DNA from: an uncultured Chloroflexia bacterium | GTDB lineage: Bacteria > Chloroflexota > Limnocylindria > Limnocylindrales > CSP1-4 | Assembly (NCBI GenBank): GCA_963720755.1 | Contig: CAVRGP010000011.1 | Coordinates: 256,001 to 320,000 of the forward strand | Direction: 5' to 3' | DNA: 64,000 nucleotides | Shown here: one piece after another, positions 9,899-19,428 of the stretch | Layout: each line of letters starts with the position of its first letter | How positions within the stretch are numbered: position 1 is the stretch's first letter | Notes under the pieces: model-generated | Databases searched by the model: none | What the model was told of the DNA's origin: nothing | What the model saw: the letters and a program-made list of their open reading frames with translations, nothing else | Translations under genes and position numbers: made by a program

Positions 9899-11269
9899 GT
9901 GTTCCGCAAGGTCCTCATCGCGAACCGCGGAGAGATCGCCATCCGGATCCTGCGCGCGTGCCGAGAGTTGGGCACGGAGACGGTGGTGGCGTACAGCGAG
10001 GCCGACCGCGACTCGCTGGCGGTCCAGCTCGCGGACGAAGCGATCTGCATCGGTCCGGCCGATGCCCGGCGGTCCTACCTTTCCGCGCCGGCGGTCATCT
10101 CGGCGGCCCTGGTGACCGGCTGTGACGCCATCCACCCGGGGTACGGCTTCCTGTCAGAGGACGAAGGGTTCGCCGAGGCGGTGGCTGCCCACGACATCAC
10201 CTTCATCGGGCCGCCGGCAGCGGTCCTGGAGCGGTTCGCGAGCAAGGCCGGCACCCGCCAGCTGTTCGCGGCCCACGGTCTGCCCACGATCCCGGGATCC
10301 GAGGGGATGTTGCGGGACGAGATGCATGCCCTCGACGAAGCGGACCGGATCGGTTACCCGGTCCTGATCAAGCCATCGGCCGGCGGTGGCGGCAAGGGGA
10401 TGCGGATGGTCCGGACGGGTCGCGAGCTCGAGTCGGTCCTCCGGGTCTGCCGCTCAGAAGCCAAGGCCGCATTCGGAGACGACTCCCTCTACCTCGAGAA
10501 GTGGCTGGACGAGAACCGGCACGTCGAGATCCAGGTCGTCATCGATCGGTACGGCCACGGGGTCCACCTCGGCGAGCGCGATTGCTCCGTCCAGCGTCGT
10601 CACCAGAAGATCCTGGAGGAGGCTCCGACCCCTGCCCTGTCGGAGGCGGCCCGGGCGGATCTGGCCGAGCGCGCCGTCAAGGCGGCGATGGCCGCAGGCT
10701 ATGAGAACGTCGGGACGCTCGAGTTCCTCGTCGACGCCGACGGCGCCTTCTATTTCATCGAGATCAACTGCCGCATCCAGGTCGAGCACCCGGTGACCGA
10801 GATGCTGACCGGCATCGATATGGTCGCGACCCAGATCCGGATCGCCGCAGGGGAGCCGCTGGGTTTCAGCCAGGCGGATGTGGCCCTCCGCGGTCACGCC
10901 ATCGAATTCCGGATCAATGCCGAGGATCCGGCCAACGGTTTCCAGCCCGGCTCCGGGGTCGTCGAGCGATACCACGCCCCGGGCGGTCCGGGCGTCCGGG
11001 TCGATTCCCACCTCTACTCCGGATACGATGTGCCGCCGTATTACGACTCCCTTCTCGGGAAGCTCATCGTCTGGGGGCCGGATCGCACCAGCGCCATCGC
11101 GCGCTCGCGAGTGGCGCTCGACGAACTGGTCGTCGAAGGACTCGTCACCAACGTCGCCATCCACCAGGCGTTGCTGGCCAACGAGGCCTTCCTGGCCGGC
11201 AAGATGACCACGAACCTGCTCGACCGGGTCGGGAGTGAAGCGATCCTCGCGGCGGCCGCCCGACCGTGA
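9899..11269 (+). CDS. accC: acetyl-CoA carboxylase biotin carboxylase subunit
   Basis: KVLIANRGEIA, HPGYGFLSE, GGGGKGM, RDCSVQRRHQK, RIQVEHPVTE, YYDSLLGK. Confidence 0.96.
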   Translation: MFRKVLIANRGEIAIRILRACRELGTETVVAYSEADRDSLAVQLADEAICIGPADARRSYLSAPAVISAALVTGCDAIHPGYGFLSEDEGFAEAVAAHDITFIGPPAAVLERFASKAGTRQLFAAHGLPTIPGSEGMLRDEMHALDEADRIGYPVLIKPSAGGGGKGMRMVRTGRELESVLRVCRSEAKAAFGDDSLYLEKWLDENRHVEIQVVIDRYGHGVHLGERDCSVQRRHQKILEEAPTPALSEAARADLAERAVKAAMAAGYENVGTLEFLVDADGAFYFIEINCRIQVEHPVTEMLTGIDMVATQIRIAAGEPLGFSQADVALRGHAIEFRINAEDPANGFQPGSGVVERYHAPGGPGVRVDSHLYSGYDVPPYYDSLLGKLIVWGPDRTSAIARSRVALDELVVEGLVTNVAIHQALLANEAFLAGKMTTNLLDRVGSEAILAAAARP

Positions 11270-11344
11270 TGCATACCTGCACAGACTGCCTCGCGTGTCT
11301 GGGCCCGAACCCATCAGACTGAGACACACGACGAGGAGTCGCCC

Positions 11345-11800
11345 ATGACCGAAACCATCCATACGACCCGTGAGATCGAGGCGCTCATCCCGCACCGTTG
11401 GCCATTCCTGCTCGTCGATCGCATCGTCGAATACGACGCCGCGGCGCAACGGATCGTCGGGGTCAAGGGAGTGACTGCGACGGAGTGGTTCTTCCAGGGC
11501 CACTTTCCCGGAATGCCGGTGATGCCCGGAGTCCTCCAGGTCGAGGCGCTCGCCCAGACGATGGCGGTCTACGTCGCAAAGCAGCCGGGGTTCGGGGACA
11601 AGATCGGCCTGTTCGCCGGTGTCGATGGTTGTCGTTTCAGGCGCGTGGTCAGTCCCGGCGACACCCTGCATCTCGAGGTCACCATGGAGAAGCTCGGGAC
11701 GCGCTTCGGGCGCGGGCACGCGGTCGCAAGCGTTGACGGCGAGACCGCCTGTGAGGCGACGCTGAGTTTCGTCATCCCCGGCGAAGGCGTCCTTCGATGA
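11345..11800 (+). CDS. fabZ: 3-hydroxyacyl-ACP dehydratase
   Basis: IPHRWPFLLVDR, FFQGHFPGMPVMPGVLQVEALAQ; GAGGAG RBS. Confidence 0.95.
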   Translation: MTETIHTTREIEALIPHRWPFLLVDRIVEYDAAAQRIVGVKGVTATEWFFQGHFPGMPVMPGVLQVEALAQTMAVYVAKQPGFGDKIGLFAGVDGCRFRRVVSPGDTLHLEVTMEKLGTRFGRGHAVASVDGETACEATLSFVIPGEGVLR

Positions 11801-12543
11801 CCCGGATCGTGGCTCTTTCCGATGTCCACGGCAACGCGGTCGCGCTGACCGCGGTCCGCAAGGCGATCCGTGCCGAGAAACCGGACTTCGTCGCGATCGC
11901 CGGCGACCACGTCATGAACGGGCCTGATCCGGCCGGTGTCGTCGATCTTCTGCGAGAGATGGAAGCCGACGGGGCCGCGATCATCAGCGGCAATACGGAT
12001 GTCGCCGTCGCCGACTTCGACTACGCCGCCGCGTTCCCGTGGATGCGCGACGGCGTCCCGGACATCTACCGGGCAGCGGCCGAATGGGCGCACGACGCGC
12101 TTGGCGACGAGCGCGTGTCATGGCTCCGGCGCCTCCCGACCGAGCGGCGCCTGCACGCCGAGGACGGGACGATGGTGCTCATCTGCCATGCGTCTCCCGG
12201 CTCGCAGACCGCCGGCTTCGACGAGGAGCTCGACCCCAGTGTCGTCATCGAGCGGGCGAGCGCGACAGATGCTCGAGTCATCGTCTGCGGTCATACCCAC
12301 ACGCCTGCGGTCCGCGATCTGGGCTGGAAGCTGATCGTGAACGACGGTTCGGCCGGGTACGTCTTCGATGGCGATGCCACCGCGTCCTACGCCCGGATCG
12401 ACCTTGACGACGGGGAGATCGTCGCCGAGATCCGGCGAACTTCGTTCGACGCGCTCGCGGTCGCCGATGCCATCTCCGCCAGGGGATTGCCGGGCGACGT
12501 CTATCGGGCGGCCACGGTTCGAACCGGCAAGTTGGTCCGATGA
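11797..12543 (+). CDS. calcineurin-like metallophosphoesterase
   Basis: SDVHGN, GD, GNTD, HASP, GHTH motifs; coupled to fabZ and fabF. Confidence 0.88.
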   Translation: MTRIVALSDVHGNAVALTAVRKAIRAEKPDFVAIAGDHVMNGPDPAGVVDLLREMEADGAAIISGNTDVAVADFDYAAAFPWMRDGVPDIYRAAAEWAHDALGDERVSWLRRLPTERRLHAEDGTMVLICHASPGSQTAGFDEELDPSVVIERASATDARVIVCGHTHTPAVRDLGWKLIVNDGSAGYVFDGDATASYARIDLDDGEIVAEIRRTSFDALAVADAISARGLPGDVYRAATVRTGKLVR

Positions 12544-13796
12544 CCGATCGTCGTCGAGTGGTCGTCACCGGGATGGGGATGCTCACCGCCCTCGGGACGG
12601 ACGTCGCGTCGACCTGGGAGGGCCTCATCCGTGGCACGAGCGGGGTGCGACCGATCGAATCGTTCGATCCGAGCCGGCTGTCGTCCCGGATCGGGGCCGA
12701 GGTCCAGGGCTTCGATGCGAGCCACGTCCTCGACCGCAAGGAAGTGCGCCGGACGGATCGATACATCCAGTTCGGGCTCGTCGCGGCGCGCGAGGCGCTC
12801 GACCAGGCGGGGTTGCCCGAACAATTCGAGGGCGACCTGGCCGAACGCACCGGGGTCATCCTCGGGACGGGTCTCGGCGGCGTCGGAACGCTCGTGGACG
12901 GCTTCTCGGTCAACGTGTTGCGCGGACCCGACCGGATCAGCCCGTTCCTCATCCCGATGGGCATCCCCAACGTCGGATCGGGGCAGATCGCCATCCAGTT
13001 CGGGATGACCGGACCGAACTTCACGACCGTATCCGCCTGCGCGACCGGAGGACACGCCCTCGGCGAGGCGAGCGAGATCATCCGTCGCGACGACGCCGAC
13101 GTCATGGTCGCGGGTGGCGCCGAGGCCGGGATCTTCGAGCCCATGGTCGGCGGGTTCGCTGCGATGCGCGCGCTGTCGACCCGGAATGACGACCCGGCAG
13201 CGGCATCTCGGCCGTTCAATTCCGGGCGCGATGGGTTCGTGGTCGGAGAGGGGGCTGGCGTGGTCATCCTCGAGAGCCTTGAACACGCCGAACGACGCGG
13301 GGCCGAGATCCTGGCCGAATTGGTCGGCTACGGCGCGACCGCCGATGCCTCCCACATCACCCTCCCGGCTCCTGGCGGGATCGGCGCGGTCCGGGCGGCC
13401 CGGCGTGCCCTGGCCAAGGCCGCGATGACGCCGGCCTCGATCGACCACGTCAACGCCCATGCCACGTCGACCCCGGAAGGGGACAGAGCCGAGCTGCAGG
13501 CGATCCGGACGATCTTCGGTCTGGCCGCGGAACGGATCTCGGTCACGGCCAACAAGTCGATGCTCGGTCATACCCTCGGTGCCGCCGGGGCGATCGAGGC
13601 GATCGTGTCCATCCAGACGATCCGTGAGGGGTGTATCCCGCCGACGATCAATCTGACCGACCCGGATCCGGAGGCCGCGGGACTCGACCTGACCCCGAAC
13701 GTGGCAGCGACCCGCCAAACGGACGTCGTCCTGAGCAACTCGTTCGGCTTCGGCGGGCAGAACACCGCGCTCATCTTCGCCAGGTACGGGCGATGA
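12540..13796 (+). CDS. fabF: beta-ketoacyl-ACP synthase II
   Basis: RVVVTGMG, SACATG, VNAHATST, KSMLGHTLGAAG, SNSFGFGGQN. Confidence 0.96.
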   Translation: MTDRRRVVVTGMGMLTALGTDVASTWEGLIRGTSGVRPIESFDPSRLSSRIGAEVQGFDASHVLDRKEVRRTDRYIQFGLVAAREALDQAGLPEQFEGDLAERTGVILGTGLGGVGTLVDGFSVNVLRGPDRISPFLIPMGIPNVGSGQIAIQFGMTGPNFTTVSACATGGHALGEASEIIRRDDADVMVAGGAEAGIFEPMVGGFAAMRALSTRNDDPAAASRPFNSGRDGFVVGEGAGVVILESLEHAERRGAEILAELVGYGATADASHITLPAPGGIGAVRAARRALAKAAMTPASIDHVNAHATSTPEGDRAELQAIRTIFGLAAERISVTANKSMLGHTLGAAGAIEAIVSIQTIREGCIPPTINLTDPDPEAAGLDLTPNVAATRQTDVVLSNSFGFGGQNTALIFARYGR

Positions 13797-14311
13797 CCGA
13801 CGAGCCCGTGGAGATGGCGACCCCCGAGCCGGGTGAAGCCGGTGACGTGGAGTTGCTCGGGCTGATCGATCGCTTGGCGGAATTGCTGGAGCGCTCCGAT
13901 CTGTCCGAGATCGAGGTCGAGTCCGGAGGCACCGGGATCGTCCTCCGGAAGCCACTGGCCGACGCACGGCCGGCCTTGGCTCCGATCGCCGGCGATCCTG
14001 CCCCGGGCGCGGACGCCACCACTGGCAGCGGCGAACCGTCGACCGCGGGACGCGATCCAGCGATGACGGCGCGTCCGTCGATCAAGGCGCCGCTGACCGG
14101 GATCTTCTATGCCTCACCGGCGCCCGGGACCGCGCCGTATGTCCAGGTGGGAGGTGAAGTCGCCGTCGGCCAGGTCATCGGTCTGATCGAGGCGATGAAG
14201 CTGTTCAATGAGATCAAGTCGGATCTCGCCGGCCGCGTCGTCCGGGTCGTCCCCGACAGTGGCGCCCTGGTGAAGGCGAAGCAGCCTCTCATCGAGGTGG
14301 AGCCCCTATGA
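13793..14311 (+). CDS. accB: biotin carboxyl carrier protein
   Basis: APLTGIFYASPAPGTAPYV thumb and intact IEAMKLFNEI biotinylation motif. Confidence 0.92.
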   Translation: MTDEPVEMATPEPGEAGDVELLGLIDRLAELLERSDLSEIEVESGGTGIVLRKPLADARPALAPIAGDPAPGADATTGSGEPSTAGRDPAMTARPSIKAPLTGIFYASPAPGTAPYVQVGGEVAVGQVIGLIEAMKLFNEIKSDLAGRVVRVVPDSGALVKAKQPLIEVEPL

Positions 14312-15513
14312 GCACGCCCGAGCGACGAGCACACGTGACCGGATGGGGTCGATACGCTCCGTCACAGGTCCTGACGAACCACGATCTCGAACAGATGGTG
14401 GACACGTCCGACGAGTGGATCACGACCAGGACGGGGATCCGCGAGCGGCGAGTCGCGGCGGCCGATGAGACCACCGCGTCGATGGCGGCCGTGGCGGCGA
14501 TGCGGGCTATCCGTACCGCGGGGATCGATCCCGACGAGATCGATCTGATCCTGCTGGCCACGCTCACGCCCGACTACTGGATGCCCTCGACCGCGGCCCT
14601 GGTCAAGGAGGCGATCGGCAATACTCGCGCGGCCGCCATGGACGTGGCGGCGGCGTGCTCGGGGTTCGTCTACGCGTATGCGACGGCCCAGGCCTACATC
14701 ACGAGTGGCATGGCCAGGCACGTCCTGGTCATCGGGGCCGAACTCCTGACCCGGTTCCTCGACTACACCGACCGCAACACGTGCATCCTGTTCGGGGACG
14801 GTGCCGGGGCCGTCGTCCTGTCGGCGTCCGACGCACCCGGCGGCGGTCTCGGCATCGAGATGACGACCGAACCCCAGGGTGCCTACATGATCTGGCTGCC
14901 CGCGGGCGGGGCCAAGAGTCCGCCGTCCGCGGAGACCATCGCCCGCGGCGAGCACTACATCCGGATGGAAGGCAAGGAGACTTACCGCTTCGCGACGCGG
15001 ACGCTGGCCTCGACCGCGCTGGCCTCGATCCGCCGATCCGGTCTCGAACCGGCCGACATCGCCCTGTTCATCCCGCATCAGGCGAACATCCGGATCATCG
15101 AGGCCGTCGCCAAGGGTCTGGATCTGCCGATGGACCGGATGTTCGTCAACCTCGACCGGTACGGGAACACGTCGGCCGCCTCCGTGCCGATGGCCCTCGC
15201 CGAAGCGGTCAACAGCGGCCGGGTCAAGGTCGGCGATCGGATCGTCATCGTCGCCTTCGGGGCGGGCTTCACCTCCGGGGCCGTGACCATCGAGTGGACG
15301 GCCGATCCGGCCCGTGGCATCGCCGGCGACGCTGCCGTGCGACCCGAGGACGTCCACGTCCGGTTGCCGGTCGACTGGGACTCGGTCGACCCGATCCCCG
15401 AGGCCCTTGCCGAGGTCATGCGCCGGCCGGGTGTCGTCGACGTCCCGCTGGACGACGTCGTGCCGGGTGAGCCGGAACCGGCGCGCCAGCACGAGGCAGC
15501 CGGTCGCCGGTGA
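14308..15513 (+). CDS. fabH: beta-ketoacyl-ACP synthase III with ~70-aa C-terminal extension
   Basis: DTSDEWITTRTGI, AACSGF, FGDGAGA, PHQANIRII, GNTSAAS, FGAGFT. Confidence 0.95.
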   Translation: MSTPERRAHVTGWGRYAPSQVLTNHDLEQMVDTSDEWITTRTGIRERRVAAADETTASMAAVAAMRAIRTAGIDPDEIDLILLATLTPDYWMPSTAALVKEAIGNTRAAAMDVAAACSGFVYAYATAQAYITSGMARHVLVIGAELLTRFLDYTDRNTCILFGDGAGAVVLSASDAPGGGLGIEMTTEPQGAYMIWLPAGGAKSPPSAETIARGEHYIRMEGKETYRFATRTLASTALASIRRSGLEPADIALFIPHQANIRIIEAVAKGLDLPMDRMFVNLDRYGNTSAASVPMALAEAVNSGRVKVGDRIVIVAFGAGFTSGAVTIEWTADPARGIAGDAAVRPEDVHVRLPVDWDSVDPIPEALAEVMRRPGVVDVPLDDVVPGEPEPARQHEAAGRR

Positions 15514-15752
15514 GGGACCTCGGTGGGCTGTTCTCCGTCCTGCGCATCTTCGAGTACGTTTGGTGGTATGGGATCAGGCCCGTAGTCGGCTGGCGCCGTT
15601 GGAGGACCGATCGTAAAGATCGTCTCGATCTCGAGGTTGCCGCAGCGAACGAGCGGATCCGGGCGATGTTTCCGGCGCCTGAGCGCCGCCCGAGCCAAGA
15701 CGTCCGGAGTGCGACACCGGTCGACCCCTTGATGACGGAGGACCTGACATGA
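15510..15752 (+). CDS. small hypothetical protein (80 aa)
   Basis: GTGA overlap with the fabH stop and ATGA overlap with the fabG start; aromatic/basic N-terminal half. Confidence 0.6.
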   Translation: MRDLGGLFSVLRIFEYVWWYGIRPVVGWRRWRTDRKDRLDLEVAAANERIRAMFPAPERRPSQDVRSATPVDPLMTEDLT

Positions 15753-16498
15753 TCGACCTGACCGGCAAGGTGGCCCTGGTGACCGGCGGTTCGCGCGGGA
15801 TCGGTCGGGCGATCGTCACTCGACTGGCGACCCAGGGCGCCGACGTGGCGTTCACGTACAAAGGCAATGTCGCCGCGGCCGCGGAGACCACCTCGGTCGT
15901 GGAGGGCTTTGGCCGGCGCGCGCTGGCCGTCCAGGGGGATGCGGCACAGGTCGAGACCGCGGAGGCGGTCGTGAAGGGCATGCTGGAGGCGTTCGGCAAG
16001 GTCGACATCCTGGTCAACAACGCCGGGATCACCCGCGACGATCTGATCATGCGGATGACCGAGAGCACCTGGCGCGAGGTCCTGGAGACCAACCTGTTCG
16101 GTGCCTTCTACATGACCAAGGCCGTGACCCGCCCGATGCTCAAGGCTCGCGGCGGCCGGATCATCAACATCACGTCCGTGTCCGGGCAGGCGGGTCAGAC
16201 CGGGCAGGCGAACTACTCGGCCGCCAAGGCCGGCCTGATCGGGCTGACCAAGGCCACGGCCCGCGAGCTCGCGAGTCGGTCCATTACGGTCAACGCGGTC
16301 GCGCCAGGGTTCGTGCTCACCGAGCTGACGCAGGACCTTCCGGACGCGCTCAAGGACGAGATCACGGCCAGGACACCACTCGGACGGTTCGGCGAGACGA
16401 GCGAGATCGCCAACGCGGTCGCCTTCCTGGCGTCGGACGAAGCGGGCTACATCACCGGCCAGGTGCTGGCGGTCGATGGCGGCCTGGTGATGATGTAG
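15749..16498 (+). CDS. fabG: 3-oxoacyl-ACP reductase
   Basis: TGGSRGIG, NNAGITRD, YSAAK, VNAVAPGF; GGAGG RBS. Confidence 0.95.
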   Translation: MIDLTGKVALVTGGSRGIGRAIVTRLATQGADVAFTYKGNVAAAAETTSVVEGFGRRALAVQGDAAQVETAEAVVKGMLEAFGKVDILVNNAGITRDDLIMRMTESTWREVLETNLFGAFYMTKAVTRPMLKARGGRIINITSVSGQAGQTGQANYSAAKAGLIGLTKATARELASRSITVNAVAPGFVLTELTQDLPDALKDEITARTPLGRFGETSEIANAVAFLASDEAGYITGQVLAVDGGLVMM

Positions 16499-16541
16499 CG
16501 AGGGGCCAGTCCGGGGTCGGGCGGATGGGTCGCGGGACGGG

Positions 16542-17870
16542 TCAGGCGACCGTGGCGACGCGCGGCGTCGGCTGGGACCGGCCGTCGCCCAACTGGACGA
16601 CCGTGTAGCCGGCGGCCCGGAGACGCTCGGCGTCGAGCAGCCGACGCCCATCGATGATCAGCGGCCGGGTACCGGCGGCCGCCCACTCCAACCAGGGCAG
16701 ATCCCGGAATTCGGGCCATTCGGTCGCGATGATCACGGCGTCGGCTCCATCGACCGCGGCCGGCGCGTCCTTGGCGATCTCGAGCGCCGGCAGGCGAGCC
16801 GACGCGTTCGAGCTGGCGGCGGGATCGAACGCCCGCACCCGCGCGCCCATCGACAGGAGCCGATCGGCCAGTCGGACCGCCGGCGAGTCGCGGATGTCAT
16901 CGGTGCCGGCCTTGAAGGCCAGCCCGAGCAGGCCGATGGTCCGTCCGGATACGCCATCCATGAGAACGGCGACCCGATCGGCGAAGCGATCCTGGGCCGC
17001 CAGGTTCGCGGCCGACGCGGCCGTGGTCACGTGCATCGGCAACCCGAGGGTCTGGCCGGCGACCGCCAGTGTGATCAATTCCTTCGGCAGACAGCTGCCG
17101 CCGAACCCGAAACTGGGTTGCATGTAGCCCTTGCCGAGCCGGGGATCGGCCCCGATCCCGGCGAGGACTTCGTCCACGTCGGCCCCGGCTTCCTCGCACA
17201 GCGAGGCGATCTCGTTCGTGAATGACAGCTTCAGGGCGAGCATCGCATTCGCGCCGTTCTTGATGATCTCGGCGGCTTCGACGTCCACCACGAGTCGCGG
17301 CGCCTCGATCGGCGCATAGAGGGCGAGGACGGCGGCCAGGGCGATCGGGTCGGCATCGCTGAACCGCCCGATCACGATCCGGCTCGGCTGCGCGAAATCC
17401 TCGACGGCCGTCCCCTGACGGAGGAATTCCGGGTTGGTGAAGATCCTCGACGTCGGCAGACCGGTCGCCTTGACCGCCCGCCGCGTCCCGCCGACGGGCA
17501 GCGTGCTGCGGATCACCAGGATGTCATCGGCAGCGAGCCGAGGACGCAGGGCGTCGAGGGCGGAATCGAGTTGCCGCAGGTCGCTCTTGCCGTCGTCGCC
17601 GATCGGCGTCCCGACGCACAGCAACGTGATCCCGGGGTCGTCCTGGGGAGCGTCGCTGACGGTCAGCCGACCCGCTGCGGTCGCCTCGTCGAAGGCCTCC
17701 TGCAGGCCCGTCTCGTGGATCGGGATGCGCCCTGCACGGAGCGACGCGAGTCGGGTGGCTCCAGTCTCGACGAGGCGGACCTCGTGACCGAGGCGGGCCA
17801 GCCCGACGGCCGTCACGAGGCCGACGTAGCCGGCGCCGACGACCGTGATCACGCGCTCGCTCGATCCCAT
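16542..17870 (-). CDS. ugd: UDP-glucose/GDP-mannose dehydrogenase family protein
   Basis: GAGYVG, CVGTP, NPEFLRQG, GFGGSCLPK, GLAFKAGTDDIRDSP. Confidence 0.9.
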   Translation of the reverse strand: MGSSERVITVVGAGYVGLVTAVGLARLGHEVRLVETGATRLASLRAGRIPIHETGLQEAFDEATAAGRLTVSDAPQDDPGITLLCVGTPIGDDGKSDLRQLDSALDALRPRLAADDILVIRSTLPVGGTRRAVKATGLPTSRIFTNPEFLRQGTAVEDFAQPSRIVIGRFSDADPIALAAVLALYAPIEAPRLVVDVEAAEIIKNGANAMLALKLSFTNEIASLCEEAGADVDEVLAGIGADPRLGKGYMQPSFGFGGSCLPKELITLAVAGQTLGLPMHVTTAASAANLAAQDRFADRVAVLMDGVSGRTIGLLGLAFKAGTDDIRDSPAVRLADRLLSMGARVRAFDPAASSNASARLPALEIAKDAPAAVDGADAVIIATEWPEFRDLPWLEWAAAGTRPLIIDGRRLLDAERLRAAGYTVVQLGDGRSQPTPRVATVA

Positions 17871-17919
17871 CAGCGGACAGGGTAGCAGGACCACCCGAGA
17901 CGCGATGTAGCATGCACGC

Positions 17920-19326
17920 GTGCGCCTGACCCAGTACCGGATCGATGGTCTCGGTCACCTGTCGACGATCGTCGCCGACGATGCCGCCGGGGTCGCGGCC
18001 GTGGTCGATCCCAGACGTGACGTGGACATCTATCTCGATGCGGCTCGCGAAGCGGGTCTGGCCATCACCCACGTCATCGAGACCCACCTCCACAATGACT
18101 ACGTCTCCGGTGGCCGGGAGCTGGCCGCGCTGACCGGCGCGACCCACGTCATCGGGGCCGGCGCGAACCTCGGCCACGAGCACCGACCCGTGGTCGACGG
18201 CGAGGCGTTCAGCCTCGGAGCGATCCGTTTCACGACCCTTGACACGCCCGGCCATACACCCGAACACGTGTCGTACGCCGTGGCGGATACGGACCGCGCC
18301 GCGGAGCCGTTCCTCGTGCTCACCGGCGGGTCCCTGCTCGTCGGGGCCGTCGGCCGGACGGATCTGCTGGGCGACGAGCATGCGCGGCCGTACGCCGCCG
18401 CGATGTACAGGTCGCTCCACGAGGTCCTTCTGCCCCACCAGGATTCGGTCATGGTCTATCCGACCCATGGGGCCGGCTCCCTGTGCTCGACGGGGATCGC
18501 CTCGACCCCGTGGTCCACGATCGGGTACGAACGCCGTCACGACCCGCTGCTTGGGCCGATGGAGATCGACGCATTCGCCCAGGCGCTGCTGTCCGGCCAG
18601 CCGACCATCCCTCGCTATTTCGCCAGGATGCGTCCGATCAACCAGGCGGGTCCCCGGCTGCTCGGCGGCGTCGTACCCGACATCCCACCGATGTCCGGCG
18701 CTGCCGTGCGGTCGGCGGTCGACGGCGGCGCGCTCATCGTCGACGCGCGGCAGCCGGCGATGCACGCCCTCGAGCGGATCCCGGGCTCGCAGTCGATCCC
18801 GGCTGGTTCCTCATTCGGGACCTGGCTCGGCTGGGTCGTCGACCCCGGACGGCCGATCATCCTGCTGCTCGATCGCATCGACGACCTGGACGATCTCGTC
18901 CGCCAGTCGCTCCGGATCGGCTTTGATCCCGTGCTCGGATACCTGGACGGAGGCCTCGGAGCCTGGCGGGCGGCCGGCGGCGAGGTCGAGATCGATCGAC
19001 CCCTCGGGATCGATGCGCTGGCCGATCGGCTGACCGGCGATCCGGCCGACCGACCGCTCGTGATCGACGTTCGCCAGGCATCCGAGTACGAGTCCGGTCA
19101 TCTGCCTGGTTCGGTCCACATCGGGGCCGGCGAACTCACCGAACGACTCGGTTCGCTGCCTTCGGACCGACCGATCGCGACGATCTGTGCCAGCGGCTAC
19201 CGGTCGTCCGTGGCCACATCGTTGCTGCGTGCGGCCGGGTTCACGAGGGTTGCCTCGGTCGCGGCCGGGGTGCCCGGATGGGAGGCCAGCGGCCGGACCC
19301 TCGCCTACGGCGCTGCAGATCGCTGA
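17920..19326 (+). CDS. MBL-fold hydrolase with two rhodanese domains (persulfide dioxygenase-rhodanese type)
   Basis: ETHLHND, TPGHTPEH, GRTDL, PTHGAGSLC; C-terminal DVRQ..EY..GHLPG..CASGYRS. Confidence 0.88.
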   Translation: MRLTQYRIDGLGHLSTIVADDAAGVAAVVDPRRDVDIYLDAAREAGLAITHVIETHLHNDYVSGGRELAALTGATHVIGAGANLGHEHRPVVDGEAFSLGAIRFTTLDTPGHTPEHVSYAVADTDRAAEPFLVLTGGSLLVGAVGRTDLLGDEHARPYAAAMYRSLHEVLLPHQDSVMVYPTHGAGSLCSTGIASTPWSTIGYERRHDPLLGPMEIDAFAQALLSGQPTIPRYFARMRPINQAGPRLLGGVVPDIPPMSGAAVRSAVDGGALIVDARQPAMHALERIPGSQSIPAGSSFGTWLGWVVDPGRPIILLLDRIDDLDDLVRQSLRIGFDPVLGYLDGGLGAWRAAGGEVEIDRPLGIDALADRLTGDPADRPLVIDVRQASEYESGHLPGSVHIGAGELTERLGSLPSDRPIATICASGYRSSVATSLLRAAGFTRVASVAAGVPGWEASGRTLAYGAADR

Positions 19327-19428
19327 TCGATCGACGGGTCTGACGCCCCGGACCGGGACGATGGTCCTGCTGTGACCCAGGACTGTTGGCGCCTCCGACC
19401 GCGGGCAGGCTCGTGCCACCATCGATCC

